A stretch of 64,000 nucleotides of DNA. Origin: a virus. A model generated the notes under the pieces. That model did no database searches. It saw only the letters and a list, made by a program, of their open reading frames with translations, and was not told the DNA's origin. This document shows positions 18,046-28,136 of the stretch, piece by piece (position 1 is the stretch's first letter; every line of letters begins with the position of its first letter). Both the position numbers and the translations under genes were made by a program. The stretch is taken from IMG/VR virus record IMGVR_UViG_3300046642_000350, positions 3,432 to 67,431 of that record, one strand, 5' to 3'.

Positions 18046-19820
18046 TATCTGTTCCCCATGTAATTCGATGTGAACGTGGGCCGCATACGCAGCGCCGGTT
18101 TCATCTTGCCCCGAGGCGGCGGACCGGCCATACCAGTGCGCGCCTTGCGCGACTTGGCGATAAGATCGGTGAAGTACTTCGTACCCATGTGCTCTTTAAC
18201 GTCACGCGGGATAACAAACTCGTTGGCGTTCAAGCGTGCGGGGATGTCGTCCGTTTGACGGCCCCCGCTGGGGCTGGCGTTACGCGGCACAGGGCCACCG
18301 GTCGTGCGGTTAGGGATAACGCCACCGGCAGCATAGCCGCCGGAGTAGTCGCCACCAGAAAATCCGCCGCCGGAGTAGTCGCCACCAGAAAATCCGCCGC
18401 CGGAGTAGTCGCCACCACTGAACCCTCCGTTTGGGTCCCCCGTATCTGACGGCGGCGGTGTGTAGTCGCCGCCATTAAACCCGCTACCGATGTCATTGAT
18501 CCCGGCTTGTGCGGCGAGATCGCTGTTCGAAAAATCACCCCCACCCCAGTTGCCGCTGCTGTCTTGCCCGAACTGGTTGCTGGTCCACGGGTTATCGTTG
18601 CCGCTCGACTGCTGCTGCCCTCCTTGGTCCTGCGGGAAGCTCCCCATATTAAACTGGTCAACATTGGACGATACACCGTTTGGGTTCGTCCCTGCCCCCT
18701 GACCCGTACCCGCAGGGAACTGTAAACCATCCGAGAATGTAGCCGAGGGCCAGTTCGTATTATCTGGCGATGTGGCTTGGTCAGGTGACCCAAGGCCAAA
18801 AGGATCGCCACGGGCGAGCGATGGGTCATTATTTAGCGACGTAAGCCAATCAGGTAAAACACCAGCAGGAGTATTATCCTGGTTTTGATCTTCCTTGTTC
18901 TGCGTTCCCGCTCCCGGGATATCCGGGAGGTCGCCTTTATTTCTTGTCGCGTTCGCGTTGGCGACCGGGTCCCATGGGGGCGTCTGCGACCCTTTCCCGC
19001 TGCTACCGTCAGTCGGCTGTTTCGGTTGCTGTTGATTACCCTTCCCCTGGCTGCTCTGTTGTGACCCGCCTTGGCTGTTAGACTGCTGCCCCGTGAGCGG
19101 GTTCTTATTGGCGTTCGCTGCCGCGTTACCGAAATTAGGCACGGTGTTGAGCAGGTTTGCTCCGGTGTTCAACTGCCCCAGGACCGCGTTTTCTGCGCCG
19201 CCCAGTCCGGTGTACGCGGACTGCAGGGCGTTCACCGTCATGCCGGGGAGGTTCTGCCCAAACTGAGCAGCCTGCTGGGTCATCTGCCGTCCGATAGCTG
19301 CGGTGTTCAAGGACGCCTGAGTACCGGCACCGGCGCGGGTAGCCGCATCTTGGAGACGTGAAGTCTGGAGCAGGTCTTCGTACCGCCCCGAGTTCGGGTT
19401 AACGCCATACCCCTGTAATTGCCGTTGGGCGCTGTCCATGGCAGCCTGGTCGGCCTGCCCGGCTGTACTCTCGGCCTGCCCCATCATGAACCGCTGGCGG
19501 GCTTCGGAGTTGTACGCCCCGGCCTGCTCGATGTACTTATTCATCAACGGTTCGAAGACGTTCTCGTACCGCCCCAGGAGGTTCTGGGCTAGCCCAGCCC
19601 CCTGTCCGGCTAGCTGCATGTATTGAGCGACGTTTTGGTCGGTGACCCCCATGCCCTTGTTGTACTGGTCGAGGGCCCAGGTATACTGGTTCTGGGTCAG
19701 CGCTCCCAGCAGCTTGGAAAGCTGCAGCGCCCAGTCGCTCTGCGGGGTATTGATAACGACCGGTTCAGAGCTACTACGGCTGCTGGATTGGCCTTGGGAC
19801 TGGGTGGTGCTGTCAGCCAT
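18045..19820 (-). CDS. pilot / DNA transfer-type virion protein (591 aa)
   Basis: Gln/Ala/Gly-rich, G.NPNSGRY, C-terminal TDDIPARLNANEFVIP motif. Confidence 0.7.
   Translation of the reverse strand: MADSTTQSQGQSSSRSSSEPVVINTPQSDWALQLSKLLGALTQNQYTWALDQYNKGMGVTDQNVAQYMQLAGQGAGLAQNLLGRYENVFEPLMNKYIEQAGAYNSEARQRFMMGQAESTAGQADQAAMDSAQRQLQGYGVNPNSGRYEDLLQTSRLQDAATRAGAGTQASLNTAAIGRQMTQQAAQFGQNLPGMTVNALQSAYTGLGGAENAVLGQLNTGANLLNTVPNFGNAAANANKNPLTGQQSNSQGGSQQSSQGKGNQQQPKQPTDGSSGKGSQTPPWDPVANANATRNKGDLPDIPGAGTQNKEDQNQDNTPAGVLPDWLTSLNNDPSLARGDPFGLGSPDQATSPDNTNWPSATFSDGLQFPAGTGQGAGTNPNGVSSNVDQFNMGSFPQDQGGQQQSSGNDNPWTSNQFGQDSSGNWGGGDFSNSDLAAQAGINDIGSGFNGGDYTPPPSDTGDPNGGFSGGDYSGGGFSGGDYSGGGFSGGDYSGGYAAGGVIPNRTTGGPVPRNASPSGGRQTDDIPARLNANEFVIPRDVKEHMGTKYFTDLIAKSRKARTGMAGPPPRGKMKPALRMRPTFTSNYMGNR
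18336..18417. repeat. 30-bp coding tandem repeat (GGDYSGGGFS, about 2.7 copies)
   Basis: CCGCCGGAGTAGTCGCCACC occurs three times at a 30-bp period. Confidence 0.9.
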
Positions 19821-19829
19821 CTTATCACC

Positions 19830-19877
19830 TTATAATATCGTTAACTAATACACTCCGGGCCGTGAACATTGCGTTAA
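19830..19877. promoter_or_regulatory. two CtrA-box-like sites
   Basis: TTAT-N7-TTAA (19830-19844) and TGAA-N7-TTAA (19863-19877), upstream of the ejection-protein genes. Confidence 0.5.
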
Positions 19878-21016
19878 GGCCAGTAGGCGGACCGCTCGGC
19901 GGTATGGAGGATGGCGTAGGCGGGTTTGTTAAGCGTTCGTATGTGGATCGGCCCGACGTAGAGTGCATCGGTAACCTCGTCTATATCCCTCCCCCACGCC
20001 GTCTGCTTGGCGAGGGCACCTGTCTTGGCATGGTAGGCCCGGTACTCATAGTCCGTGCTCGTGGTTGTCCTTGTGCCGGCGACAATAGGCCCCCCGGTTA
20101 TATCGACAACCACGCCGGGGTTAACCCGGGCTGCGGTGACAACGATATAATCCTCTCCGAATGCGACGATGGACCCAAACTCAAACCCGGTGTCGATGGA
20201 ATCGCCTGGTATAGACCACATTAAGGTGCCGTCAGGCTTGTATCCCTGTATCCCTTCGAAATTGGTACCAGTACTGCTGGTGAGGCAGTAGAAGTTTCCG
20301 TTCCTCGATATGTCTTCAGGCACGCCCCCGGCGATGGTGACGGTGTTCTTTAGCGTTCCCTTTAGATCGTAGTACTTAACCTTCCCGGTGCTGGCGAAGG
20401 CAGCGGTGATTAATTTCGACTTCGGGTCGTAGTGTGCGGTATCCACGCCGGGTATATGCCATGCAACCTTGGTACCGTTGTACTTTGTCAGTCCAGGATT
20501 GGGGCTGGAAAGTTTCATATATACCCCGGCAGCGCCGGTCAGGGGCAGGCCCTTTTGCTGCGCGGACTTGGAGAATACCGGTATCTTGCTGGTCTTTTTA
20601 CCCTTGTAGTCAAAATTCGTAATTGGTCCGGGGGGGACGGTAGTAAGGATAATGGAGAAGGGGTTGTGCCCTATACGCTTAGTGTTGAACGAGTTGACAA
20701 GAGTATACCCGTGGTAGTCTATCCGCGCCAGAGGGGGGAACGATACAAGTTCGTTGCCGTTGATGATCTGGCCGCCTGCGCTCCATGTTTGATTGTCTGA
20801 ATCGGTGGGGGTAGCGACAGGGTTGAACGGCCCAAACACTGGAACCGGGATAGGTTTAGCGAGGTTATTTAATTGGGCTTCGGTATACGATGGTGTAAAC
20901 TCTTCACCGTAGGCCGCACTACCCTTTTGTCCCTCCAGGAGGACAATGGCGCGATAAACGTCAGTCTGGCCCCACTGGACGTTGACAATTATATCCAGGA
21001 AATCTTCGGTTATCAT
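19874..21016 (-). CDS. hypothetical virion protein (beta-rich)
   Basis: 380-aa ORF coupled by ATGA within the tail operon. Confidence 0.75.
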   Translation of the reverse strand: MITEDFLDIIVNVQWGQTDVYRAIVLLEGQKGSAAYGEEFTPSYTEAQLNNLAKPIPVPVFGPFNPVATPTDSDNQTWSAGGQIINGNELVSFPPLARIDYHGYTLVNSFNTKRIGHNPFSIILTTVPPGPITNFDYKGKKTSKIPVFSKSAQQKGLPLTGAAGVYMKLSSPNPGLTKYNGTKVAWHIPGVDTAHYDPKSKLITAAFASTGKVKYYDLKGTLKNTVTIAGGVPEDISRNGNFYCLTSSTGTNFEGIQGYKPDGTLMWSIPGDSIDTGFEFGSIVAFGEDYIVVTAARVNPGVVVDITGGPIVAGTRTTTSTDYEYRAYHAKTGALAKQTAWGRDIDEVTDALYVGPIHIRTLNKPAYAILHTAERSAYWP

Positions 21017-21441
21017 CCATTGGAACTCTGCAGGATTTCAACGTTGGGGCCATCCACCCCTTTTCGGTTATACACCCACGTCGCTCCGGTTTTTTGGTCC
21101 GACATGGTGAGGCGATTGACGCGCACAAAGTCTATGAACTGCGTCTTGTCCACTGTGCCGTCGGGGTCGATGTGGTAGACGCGTACCCGCTGGGTTACGA
21201 TATTTTTCTGGGTCCAGTTTCCTTCGGTCGCGTTCTTACCTGCCCTACCGGGTGAACCTGGCGCTCCCCGCTGGCTGTTATTATTGAACGTGTTGATCGG
21301 CGCCAGACGGAGGAAGTTATTATTGATAATACGTACGGCCTGCGGCAGCGTGGCGCCTGTCGGGATAAGCTGGAATCCCTGCGGCGATTGCGGGTCCGGT
21401 ATCGGTGATGGCTGGGTAAGATCACATTGCGGCGCGGCCAT
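21013..21441 (-). CDS. hypothetical virion protein
   Basis: Coupled at both ends. Confidence 0.75.
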   Translation of the reverse strand: MAAPQCDLTQPSPIPDPQSPQGFQLIPTGATLPQAVRIINNNFLRLAPINTFNNNSQRGAPGSPGRAGKNATEGNWTQKNIVTQRVRVYHIDPDGTVDKTQFIDFVRVNRLTMSDQKTGATWVYNRKGVDGPNVEILQSSNG

Positions 21442-24227
21442 TACACGCTCCCCAACTCCTTAACCGCTGTGGCGATCTGCACGTTAGAGAGGGTCACCCG
21501 CCCGGTAATCTCCCAGGCCCACTGCTCGCACTTGAACCCATCCACGATCCGCATAATATCGCTCGACCCACGCAGTTCGCGAGCGTCAATGAGCGTCAGG
21601 TTACCCGTGCCATCCACGTCCACAAATGTTTTGAGTATACCGTACTGCCCTATACCAAGGGTGTTCCAGGACGGGTCGCTGGCGGGCGCGGTGTTCTCAA
21701 TGGCGTTTTGCGGCGGGGTGTTTACCGGCACGGTAAAGAACGCCCGCATGACGGCGAAGTTACGTTTGACGTTTTGCTGGTACGTCTTGGACCGCCACGT
21801 GTACGGCACCATGGCGGGTGTCGGGTCGGTGAAGTCGTAGTAGTACACGAACCCGTTAGAGACGAGTAGCCCGGTGCCGGTCCACGGGTCCGTCATTACG
21901 TTGTCGATGTCGAACCCGGTGTGGCTGGTAAGTTGGTTTGAACCTAGCCTGTGGCCACCGGGTTGGGGCCAGATGGTGAAACTTGTATTGTCCTGGTCTA
22001 ATTCGAGGGTGAACCCGGTTTGCGCCAACGATGTGTCAGCCGGGGATACGGCGGGCGGCGACACGGTACCCATGCAGTAGTAGGAGGATGCGATAAATAT
22101 TGAACGGCCGTACCTCTGCGGAGTTAGCTGCTGCCACTTCTCGCGTGTGTACCACAGGTCCGTGGTGTTGGTGGCCACGCCCGAGGCAGTAACCTGGATC
22201 AAGCCGTTGGGGCTGTGATATGTAACGGCGGCGTCACCGTTGATGATCGACCCCCGGGACGAGCACGGGTGCGGATGGGCACACTTCTGCTGCGCCATCT
22301 GCCCCGGGGTAATGCCCGAGATCGTGAACGCGCTGCTGTCCGTCATGACGACCAGCGTACCGCTGGTTACACCCAGTCCCACGATGGGGTAGTCCACCGT
22401 CAGCACGTTACCCGGGGGCCACGCGTGCGGACGGTACGGTTCGCAGAACCATATCTCGTTGTTCGTAAACCCTGCCACCATGCCGTTCTGCATGACGGTA
22501 AGGCCCTGCAGGTTCTCTGGCGGCGGAAACCAGGTGGTGCTCTGTAGCTGTTGGTTCAGCGCGACGGTGTTGTTCGGGTTGGCGTCAACGTAACTGACGG
22601 TTCCAATGGGTACAGTTGCCACAAAGAAGAATACTGTCGCACCTCCCTGCCCGGGTACGGTACGATATATATTGATGTCTTTAAGAGTTCGGAGCACCCC
22701 GAGGTCGTTGGGTGGGGGGGTCCATAGTCCCACCGTCCACACACCATTAGACCATCCGTCCAGTAACGTGGGTGGGGATGGGGGTCCTTCTTCTCCGTAG
22801 GTTGAAACCCAGGTATAGACATAGGCTCTGCTCTCCACTACGTCCGAGGTGAGGAAGTCCCCGATGATGTGCACCCCGGGCTGGCCGAGGGTGGCATTAG
22901 AGGGGGCCGTGCCGGGGGGCCCGTTAGTGAACGTCGCTAGGAAACTGGCGGTGTTATTATCGGTGATAACGGGGCCGCCGTCAAGCACGACCGGTACGTC
23001 GATAATGAACCCGATCCAGTACTGGTTGTTATTTGTCAAGTTGATCGGATTGAGAAATGAGCTGATGTTGGGGCCGCCGCCGCCGGCCACCCCGGTGGTG
23101 AGTTGTCCGGTACCAAGAAGCTCTCCGGGGGCGTTATTGTTATCGTTGTATATGACAGCAGCGAACTGGGACGTAGGGATATCGGCTTGGTTGGCGTCCG
23201 AGAACCACTGCACGTCCTGTATCTGCGTGTCACCGTTATAGGTGAACGGAATTAAGTAAATCGAGTTACCTAATGCGGAAAATGGCACACCGTTAGAGGT
23301 GGTGTTACCGAGGACGAGGAAGTTGCCACCACCAACAACAGACGTAGTGGGAGCGCACCCGGGGGGCGGCACGCCAAGCAGCCACGGCGCCTGCCCTGCG
23401 ATGATACGCTGTCGGGGGTTGTATTTCGGGGGTGCGCTGGGGCTGGCGAAGTAGTACCGGTCGAAATCATCGGCAACGATGGGGGACTTCACCACGTCGG
23501 TGTCGGGGTCGGTGAACTGTATCCAGGTTGAGGAACCGGTAACGCTGGCATCGAACGATGCGTTACTGCCGCCCATATACGTGCCAGTAACGTGCGCCTG
23601 CGCCACGAGGTCGAATAGCCATGTGCTACGGACGGCGCTCGTGCTCTCGGCTACGGGTGTGGAATTATACCCGGCACCGAAGTCGATGGACCCTACGTAA
23701 ATGTATGGGTAGGTAACGGCGCTGAATACCACGGACCCAGCGTTGGCGGCGGTGATCCCTTGCGGCAACGTGGTCCCCGGCAGGGGATACGCTATGGCTA
23801 CGTTGGGTACGGTAGCGTCGTCGTAGAGGATGCCCGAGTTCGTCCGGTCGCTGTTGTCCAGCGTCACGGCAGAGAGCAGGTTCGCGATGCTGATTTCCTT
23901 GGTGCCGCCGATCAGCACGTCCTGGGGGTTCTTAAGGGAGCTGACCCAGGTGTAAACCAGATCACCAATAGTTACCGTATCCCCAGCGGTCGGAAGGGCA
24001 AGTTGGACATAGTATGCGTGGGCTTGTGTTTCCGAAAGCGTGGGGATACGGAATGCGTAGCGCGTACCGTTGTTCAGGGCGAACAACTGCTTAGGCTGCC
24101 GCCAGCCTGTTAGCGCGCCAGAGAATAAGTAACCGTTAGTAGAACTGGCCGCTTGGCCAGTAGGCAAGAGGTGGGGGTCCCAAGCTGGTAATTGCCCCCC
24201 AAATTGTTCCAACTTAAGTGCAGGCAC
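21441..24227 (-). CDS. tail nozzle / stabilisation-type protein (928 aa)
   Basis: F.G..P...P.LLP, RAYVYTWVS.YGEEGPPS, IYRT, FCEPYRPHAWP, WRSK motifs typical of podophage tail proteins. Confidence 0.8.
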   Translation of the reverse strand: MPALKLEQFGGQLPAWDPHLLPTGQAASSTNGYLFSGALTGWRQPKQLFALNNGTRYAFRIPTLSETQAHAYYVQLALPTAGDTVTIGDLVYTWVSSLKNPQDVLIGGTKEISIANLLSAVTLDNSDRTNSGILYDDATVPNVAIAYPLPGTTLPQGITAANAGSVVFSAVTYPYIYVGSIDFGAGYNSTPVAESTSAVRSTWLFDLVAQAHVTGTYMGGSNASFDASVTGSSTWIQFTDPDTDVVKSPIVADDFDRYYFASPSAPPKYNPRQRIIAGQAPWLLGVPPPGCAPTTSVVGGGNFLVLGNTTSNGVPFSALGNSIYLIPFTYNGDTQIQDVQWFSDANQADIPTSQFAAVIYNDNNNAPGELLGTGQLTTGVAGGGGPNISSFLNPINLTNNNQYWIGFIIDVPVVLDGGPVITDNNTASFLATFTNGPPGTAPSNATLGQPGVHIIGDFLTSDVVESRAYVYTWVSTYGEEGPPSPPTLLDGWSNGVWTVGLWTPPPNDLGVLRTLKDINIYRTVPGQGGATVFFFVATVPIGTVSYVDANPNNTVALNQQLQSTTWFPPPENLQGLTVMQNGMVAGFTNNEIWFCEPYRPHAWPPGNVLTVDYPIVGLGVTSGTLVVMTDSSAFTISGITPGQMAQQKCAHPHPCSSRGSIINGDAAVTYHSPNGLIQVTASGVATNTTDLWYTREKWQQLTPQRYGRSIFIASSYYCMGTVSPPAVSPADTSLAQTGFTLELDQDNTSFTIWPQPGGHRLGSNQLTSHTGFDIDNVMTDPWTGTGLLVSNGFVYYYDFTDPTPAMVPYTWRSKTYQQNVKRNFAVMRAFFTVPVNTPPQNAIENTAPASDPSWNTLGIGQYGILKTFVDVDGTGNLTLIDARELRGSSDIMRIVDGFKCEQWAWEITGRVTLSNVQIATAVKELGSV

Positions 24228-24232
24228 ATTGA

Positions 24233-24736
24233 TTACAGGGGACGAGCACTGTCGCTCGCCGCGTTCCCCTGTCCCTTCCTCTGATCTGGCACATAGTCCG
24301 CTGGCCTGAAGATCGCGGTGGAACTACCCGCATGTGGGTCCTGGACAGGTGCGGGCTTGGGGCGCAGCCGCTCCATCTCCTCGAATTCGGCCACACGCTT
24401 ACGCCCGGCTTCCATCTCAAGGCGGGTGGACTCCGCGATGGCCTTGGGCACGGCGGGCGGCGTGTACGGCACAACCTCCGGGTTACGCGCGGCCTGCATG
24501 GACAACGCGAAGTTGCGGGCCATGTTCTCGTTCTCGGCCTGCTCCATCGTCTCCTTGGAGAACTGCTGGAGGGCTTCGGCGGCAACGGCGGGCTGGTTGA
24601 CCTCCGTCACCTTAACGGTAACGTCGTCGCTAAGACCCTGGATGGTTACGGGTTCTGCGGATGGCGTCGGCTCTGCCGCTGGCTTGTCCGTCAGCCATCC
24701 CGATAGGCCCGTTTCCTGGTGCTGATCCTCGTCCAT
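24233..24736 (-). CDS. hypothetical protein
   Basis: AGGAG RBS; 167-aa ORF. Confidence 0.75.
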   Translation of the reverse strand: MDEDQHQETGLSGWLTDKPAAEPTPSAEPVTIQGLSDDVTVKVTEVNQPAVAAEALQQFSKETMEQAENENMARNFALSMQAARNPEVVPYTPPAVPKAIAESTRLEMEAGRKRVAEFEEMERLRPKPAPVQDPHAGSSTAIFRPADYVPDQRKGQGNAASDSARPL

Positions 24737-24905
24737 TGTCGTCTCCTGGGGTTTGTCCTGTCATTCTCTTGGCGTCGGACCCGACTGCGGCAACCCTGGC
24801 GCCGTGATCCAGCCTGTTGCCACGGCCCTGCGAAATCCCTAGCGCGGACGGCGCTTCGGCTTCCGCCATCGCCTCCTCCATACTAGGGAACGTGGGTTTA
24901 CGCAC
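24630..24905 (-). CDS. possible hypothetical protein
   Basis: Fills the gap but overlaps the next gene by about 100 bp. Confidence 0.4.
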   Translation of the reverse strand: MRKPTFPSMEEAMAEAEAPSALGISQGRGNRLDHGARVAAVGSDAKRMTGQTPGDDNGRGSAPGNGPIGMADGQASGRADAIRRTRNHPGS

Positions 24906-24907
24906 CG

Positions 24908-25273
24908 TTAATGGCGCCAGTGCTTAGCGTTCTCAGCGAACGTGGCGCGCTTGCGAACCGCTGGGTCAGACGAGTTCTTGGCGCTTTGTATCTTGCTCTC
25001 CGGGATCGGCTTACCAGCCGCCACGCTCAGGTCCTTGTGGAGTAGCCCCTTGTGCGACGGCTTGATGTGAATGCTGCCGCCGCCAGAATAGGATTTTTCC
25101 GGCTCGGGCACAGGCGATGGCTCGGGCGTCAATACGGGTGGCGGCGGAGGCGGCTGGTATTTGTCGCCCGCGCGTTCAAGGGCGTCGAACCTTGATCGAC
25201 CGCCGGCAGTTGGAACCTTCCCGCCCCCACCAAACGCCTGTTGCTTCCACTTCTCGTTATCGCCTCTAGCCAT
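24908..25273 (-). CDS. small basic phage protein (IHIKPSHKG...RKRATFAENAK.W type)
   Basis: Recognisable basic C-terminal motif; FGGGGKV and YSGGGSI motifs. Confidence 0.75.
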   Translation of the reverse strand: MARGDNEKWKQQAFGGGGKVPTAGGRSRFDALERAGDKYQPPPPPPVLTPEPSPVPEPEKSYSGGGSIHIKPSHKGLLHKDLSVAAGKPIPESKIQSAKNSSDPAVRKRATFAENAKHWRH

Positions 25274-25502
25274 ATTTACCCCCTACGCATTTCTCGGCTT
25301 GGTGGCGTTGCGCTGCCGTCACCACGATACCCATTGTGCTTGCAATCTGTAGCAGATGCTCCCTAGTGAAGTGTTTGTACGCCCACCGCACCTGACTGCA
25401 GGAGTACGGCAGGGGGGTGGGTTTGAACCCTGTGGCGGCCCACACGTTGAACGATAGGGAGATGACCGCTGCAATCAGTAGTGTGAACCAGAATCCCCTC
25501 AT
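25266..25502 (-). CDS. small exported/membrane protein
   Basis: MRGFWFTLLIAAVISLSFNVWA signal-like N-terminus; two Cys; ATGA overlap. Confidence 0.65.
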   Translation of the reverse strand: MRGFWFTLLIAAVISLSFNVWAATGFKPTPLPYSCSQVRWAYKHFTREHLLQIASTMGIVVTAAQRHQAEKCVGGKYG

Positions 25503-25882
25503 TTCATCATACCCACAGTTGCATGCACAAACCAGAACCCGTACACGATGTAGCAGAGGTACCACTCCTGCGGGGAGAGATTGTCCGTCTCCCCCCAGCC
25601 GAGGAGCTTGTCCCATATCACCAGCTTGCCGATATACAGCACCCAGGGCAACGTCATAAGAAGCTGTACATATACTGGGATTTTCGACCGGGCCGCCTCG
25701 GCAACAAGCACGTCTTTCGTCGCCTGTAATGCGGAGATACGCTCACTAATCTCCGCACGCTCGCGGTCTGTGGTAGCGTTCTGTAAATTGATACGTTCGT
25801 TAGACAGGTTATTGGATACGGTATTGATCGTAGAGAACAACCCCGAAATCAGCGAAGGAATAGCGCCTAGAAGCCCAAACAT
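25499..25882 (-). CDS. putative holin-like membrane protein
   Basis: Amphipathic N-terminus, coiled coil, two C-terminal TM segments; downstream of the lysin. Confidence 0.6.
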   Translation of the reverse strand: MFGLLGAIPSLISGLFSTINTVSNNLSNERINLQNATTDRERAEISERISALQATKDVLVAEAARSKIPVYVQLLMTLPWVLYIGKLVIWDKLLGWGETDNLSPQEWYLCYIVYGFWFVHATVGMMK

Positions 25883-26116
25883 CTATGGCTCCAAGTCTGT
25901 GGCCCGGTGGTGCCGTAACACCTCCATAACAACGCCACTTACAACGAGAACAACTGCAATAGTCTTAGGGCTACCAATAAACAGTTGCAGATTTTCTTGC
26001 GTCACGAACGGCAGGAAGGCGTTGATAACAACCAACAACACCCCCCCAAGGACCTGTAATCGAGACGCAAGGATAACCTCACTATCATGACACCATTTAA
26101 GCAGCTTTTGATACAC
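25883..26116 (-). CDS. two-TM membrane protein (holin candidate)
   Basis: Two hydrophobic segments, directly after the lysin. Confidence 0.65.
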   Translation of the reverse strand: MYQKLLKWCHDSEVILASRLQVLGGVLLVVINAFLPFVTQENLQLFIGSPKTIAVVLVVSGVVMEVLRHHRATDLEP

Positions 26117-26972
26117 CGGTCGCTCCTGTTACCGCAGTGGTAACCGGCGGTACAGTTGGGGGTTGAGGCGGAACAGTCGGTGGGATGACAACGGTACGGT
26201 TCGCGAGGGCGTTCTTCCGGCCCTCATAGTACGCGAACGCGAGGCCCGCGATCACTACCCCACCCACAACGACCGGCAAGAGCCAGGGCGGAGCGCCGGC
26301 AAAGTGAGCGGTCGCGCCGCCCACCACGGCCCCGCCAGCCGTTTTACTCAGTGTACCTGTTATATCGTCCGGGTGCCCATGGGTTACCTTTGGATGTGGG
26401 ACTGTCGGGGCAGCCGGCGGGAAGATCGCCCCCGTACCACCGGCAGCGAGCCGGTCACAGTACGCGTTGAGATCAGCGACCCGTTTGCCCCATCCACCAC
26501 CAAACGTCGCCCATGCCGAACCACCACGAATCGCGTGCATGAACTGCAGGCGCTCCTGGCACATCGCATCCACAAACCACTTCGGATCGGCGGCGTTGAT
26601 TGCCTTGATGAGCGCAACGTTAGACGGGTCGGTAAACTTCAGGAGGGCTCGCGCTACCCGAAACGGTCGTGCAACCCCAGAGTTAATGCCATAATCCAGA
26701 ATACAGCAGTCAGGACCAGAGCGTAATGCGTCAAAGTACAAACCGTTTGCATACTTGGAATCATATATATCTTCAGCCTCTTGGAGTGACATAGCTTGCA
26801 CGCGCGGAGCCCACACAGCCATGCTGTTCATACTGTTATGTCGGTGTTCCGCCAGGTCAAAACAAGTGATACCGTACTTGGTCGGGCCGCCGGCGTCGTT
26901 CTTATCCCAGCCGTACCCGCGCTCGTAGTTATTGATGACCCGCGTAATAAAGGGGATATAATTTGACTTCAT
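26097..26972 (-). CDS. endolysin, glycoside hydrolase family 108
   Basis: YERGY.....DAGGPTKYGIT, DYGINSG, FG.GW..RV motifs; C-terminal hydrophobic segment. Confidence 0.9.
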   Translation of the reverse strand: MKSNYIPFITRVINNYERGYGWDKNDAGGPTKYGITCFDLAEHRHNSMNSMAVWAPRVQAMSLQEAEDIYDSKYANGLYFDALRSGPDCCILDYGINSGVARPFRVARALLKFTDPSNVALIKAINAADPKWFVDAMCQERLQFMHAIRGGSAWATFGGGWGKRVADLNAYCDRLAAGGTGAIFPPAAPTVPHPKVTHGHPDDITGTLSKTAGGAVVGGATAHFAGAPPWLLPVVVGGVVIAGLAFAYYEGRKNALANRTVVIPPTVPPQPPTVPPVTTAVTGATGVSKAA

Positions 26973-27127
26973 GGGGCCTTCTTCATAAGCTTGGCTTCTA
27001 GGGCGGTTACCTCCGCACGAACGGCTGCGGGAACGCCAGCAAACCAGTCCTTGACCTTTTGACTGAATACGACCCCGGCCAAAAACGCGACGACAACAAC
27101 GCCAGCGATAGCTACAAAATCAAACAT
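26969..27127 (-). CDS. small single-TM protein
   Basis: GGGAG RBS; hydrophobic N-terminus. Confidence 0.65.
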   Translation of the reverse strand: MFDFVAIAGVVVVAFLAGVVFSQKVKDWFAGVPAAVRAEVTALEAKLMKKAP

Positions 27128-27137
27128 GGATTGCTCC

Positions 27138-27422
27138 CTATGGGGCGACAACGGTGAAATCTATTGTGTCTATCCGTATCTGCGATAGCGCGTCTGATAC
27201 TGTCAGTGTAACCGTAAACGTTTCGTTAAGCAAACCGCCGTTGAGGAAAAAGATAACTTGGGTCTGACCTGGATTGAACGATTCTGTGTCCACCGAAGCA
27301 GTCGAGGAAGACGAGACTACCGCCCAGGTAGCAAGGACTTCGGAGCACAGCCAATCTGAATAATCTACGATCCAGCGTGTGCGGTTGCCGACGGTATGGG
27401 TTTTGGTTGCAAGGAGCGCCAT
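27138..27422 (-). CDS. fibre-tail adaptor-like protein
   Basis: DYSDWL...F.L.GG...F; paralogous to the N-terminus of 28133..29365 (DYRDWL...FILAGG). Confidence 0.7.
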   Translation of the reverse strand: MALLATKTHTVGNRTRWIVDYSDWLCSEVLATWAVVSSSSTASVDTESFNPGQTQVIFFLNGGLLNETFTVTLTVSDALSQIRIDTIDFTVVAP

Positions 27423-27428
27423 TATTTC

Positions 27429-28136
27429 CTACCACGTAAACCTGACCTGTCCATTGCCTCCCGGGTAACCACTCTGGCCAGAGTTCCAGGTACCTCCCCC
27501 ACCGCCCCCGGGCTGAATGCCATCACCGTCATGCGCGTTAAATAATGCGAAACCTGGACCACCGGCCCCGCCTTCTAGTGTCCCACCTATACCGCCAGTT
27601 GAGATAGGACCATCCACGCCGTTGCCACCGTTGCCGGTAGAACCCGCGCCGCCACCGCCTCCGCCTCCGTTGGGCGAAGCCCCGTTGGCACCGTCACCCC
27701 CGCTAAAGTTTGTAGTACCAATCGTTCCAGAACCGTGCGGGCCACTTGTCCCCGAACTAGAACCACCAGAACCACCGCCACCAACACACCCGTTGGAAGA
27801 CGGCTGCGCATTAGAAGAAGGATTAACCCACGAGTTGGTGCCTGCGTTTCCCGCATTACCAGAGCCCACGTGAGCGCCACCGGAGCCTACGAAATAGAAA
27901 ATTGTACCGCCGGGGGTTAGACCGCTTGCGACGAATCTGGAATACCCGGCACCGCCGCCACCGGGAGCAGAATTAGAAGCACCACCGGCGCCTGCACCGC
28001 CACCGCCCCATGCTTCGCAGGTAACCGATGTAATGGAGGCAGGAATGGTAAAAGACCCAGCACCAGCCGCTGTAATCGTCTGCGACCCGTGCACCGATGG
28101 AAGATCGGCAAGGAGAAGTTGCTGGGGAATAGTCAC
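27429..28136 (-). CDS. glycine-rich tail-associated protein
   Basis: [28 protein letters not shown]; probable GTG start overlapping the upstream stop. Confidence 0.8.
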   Translation of the reverse strand: MTIPQQLLLADLPSVHGSQTITAAGAGSFTIPASITSVTCEAWGGGGAGAGGASNSAPGGGGAGYSRFVASGLTPGGTIFYFVGSGGAHVGSGNAGNAGTNSWVNPSSNAQPSSNGCVGGGGSGGSSSGTSGPHGSGTIGTTNFSGGDGANGASPNGGGGGGGAGSTGNGGNGVDGPISTGGIGGTLEGGAGGPGFALFNAHDGDGIQPGGGGGGTWNSGQSGYPGGNGQVRFTW

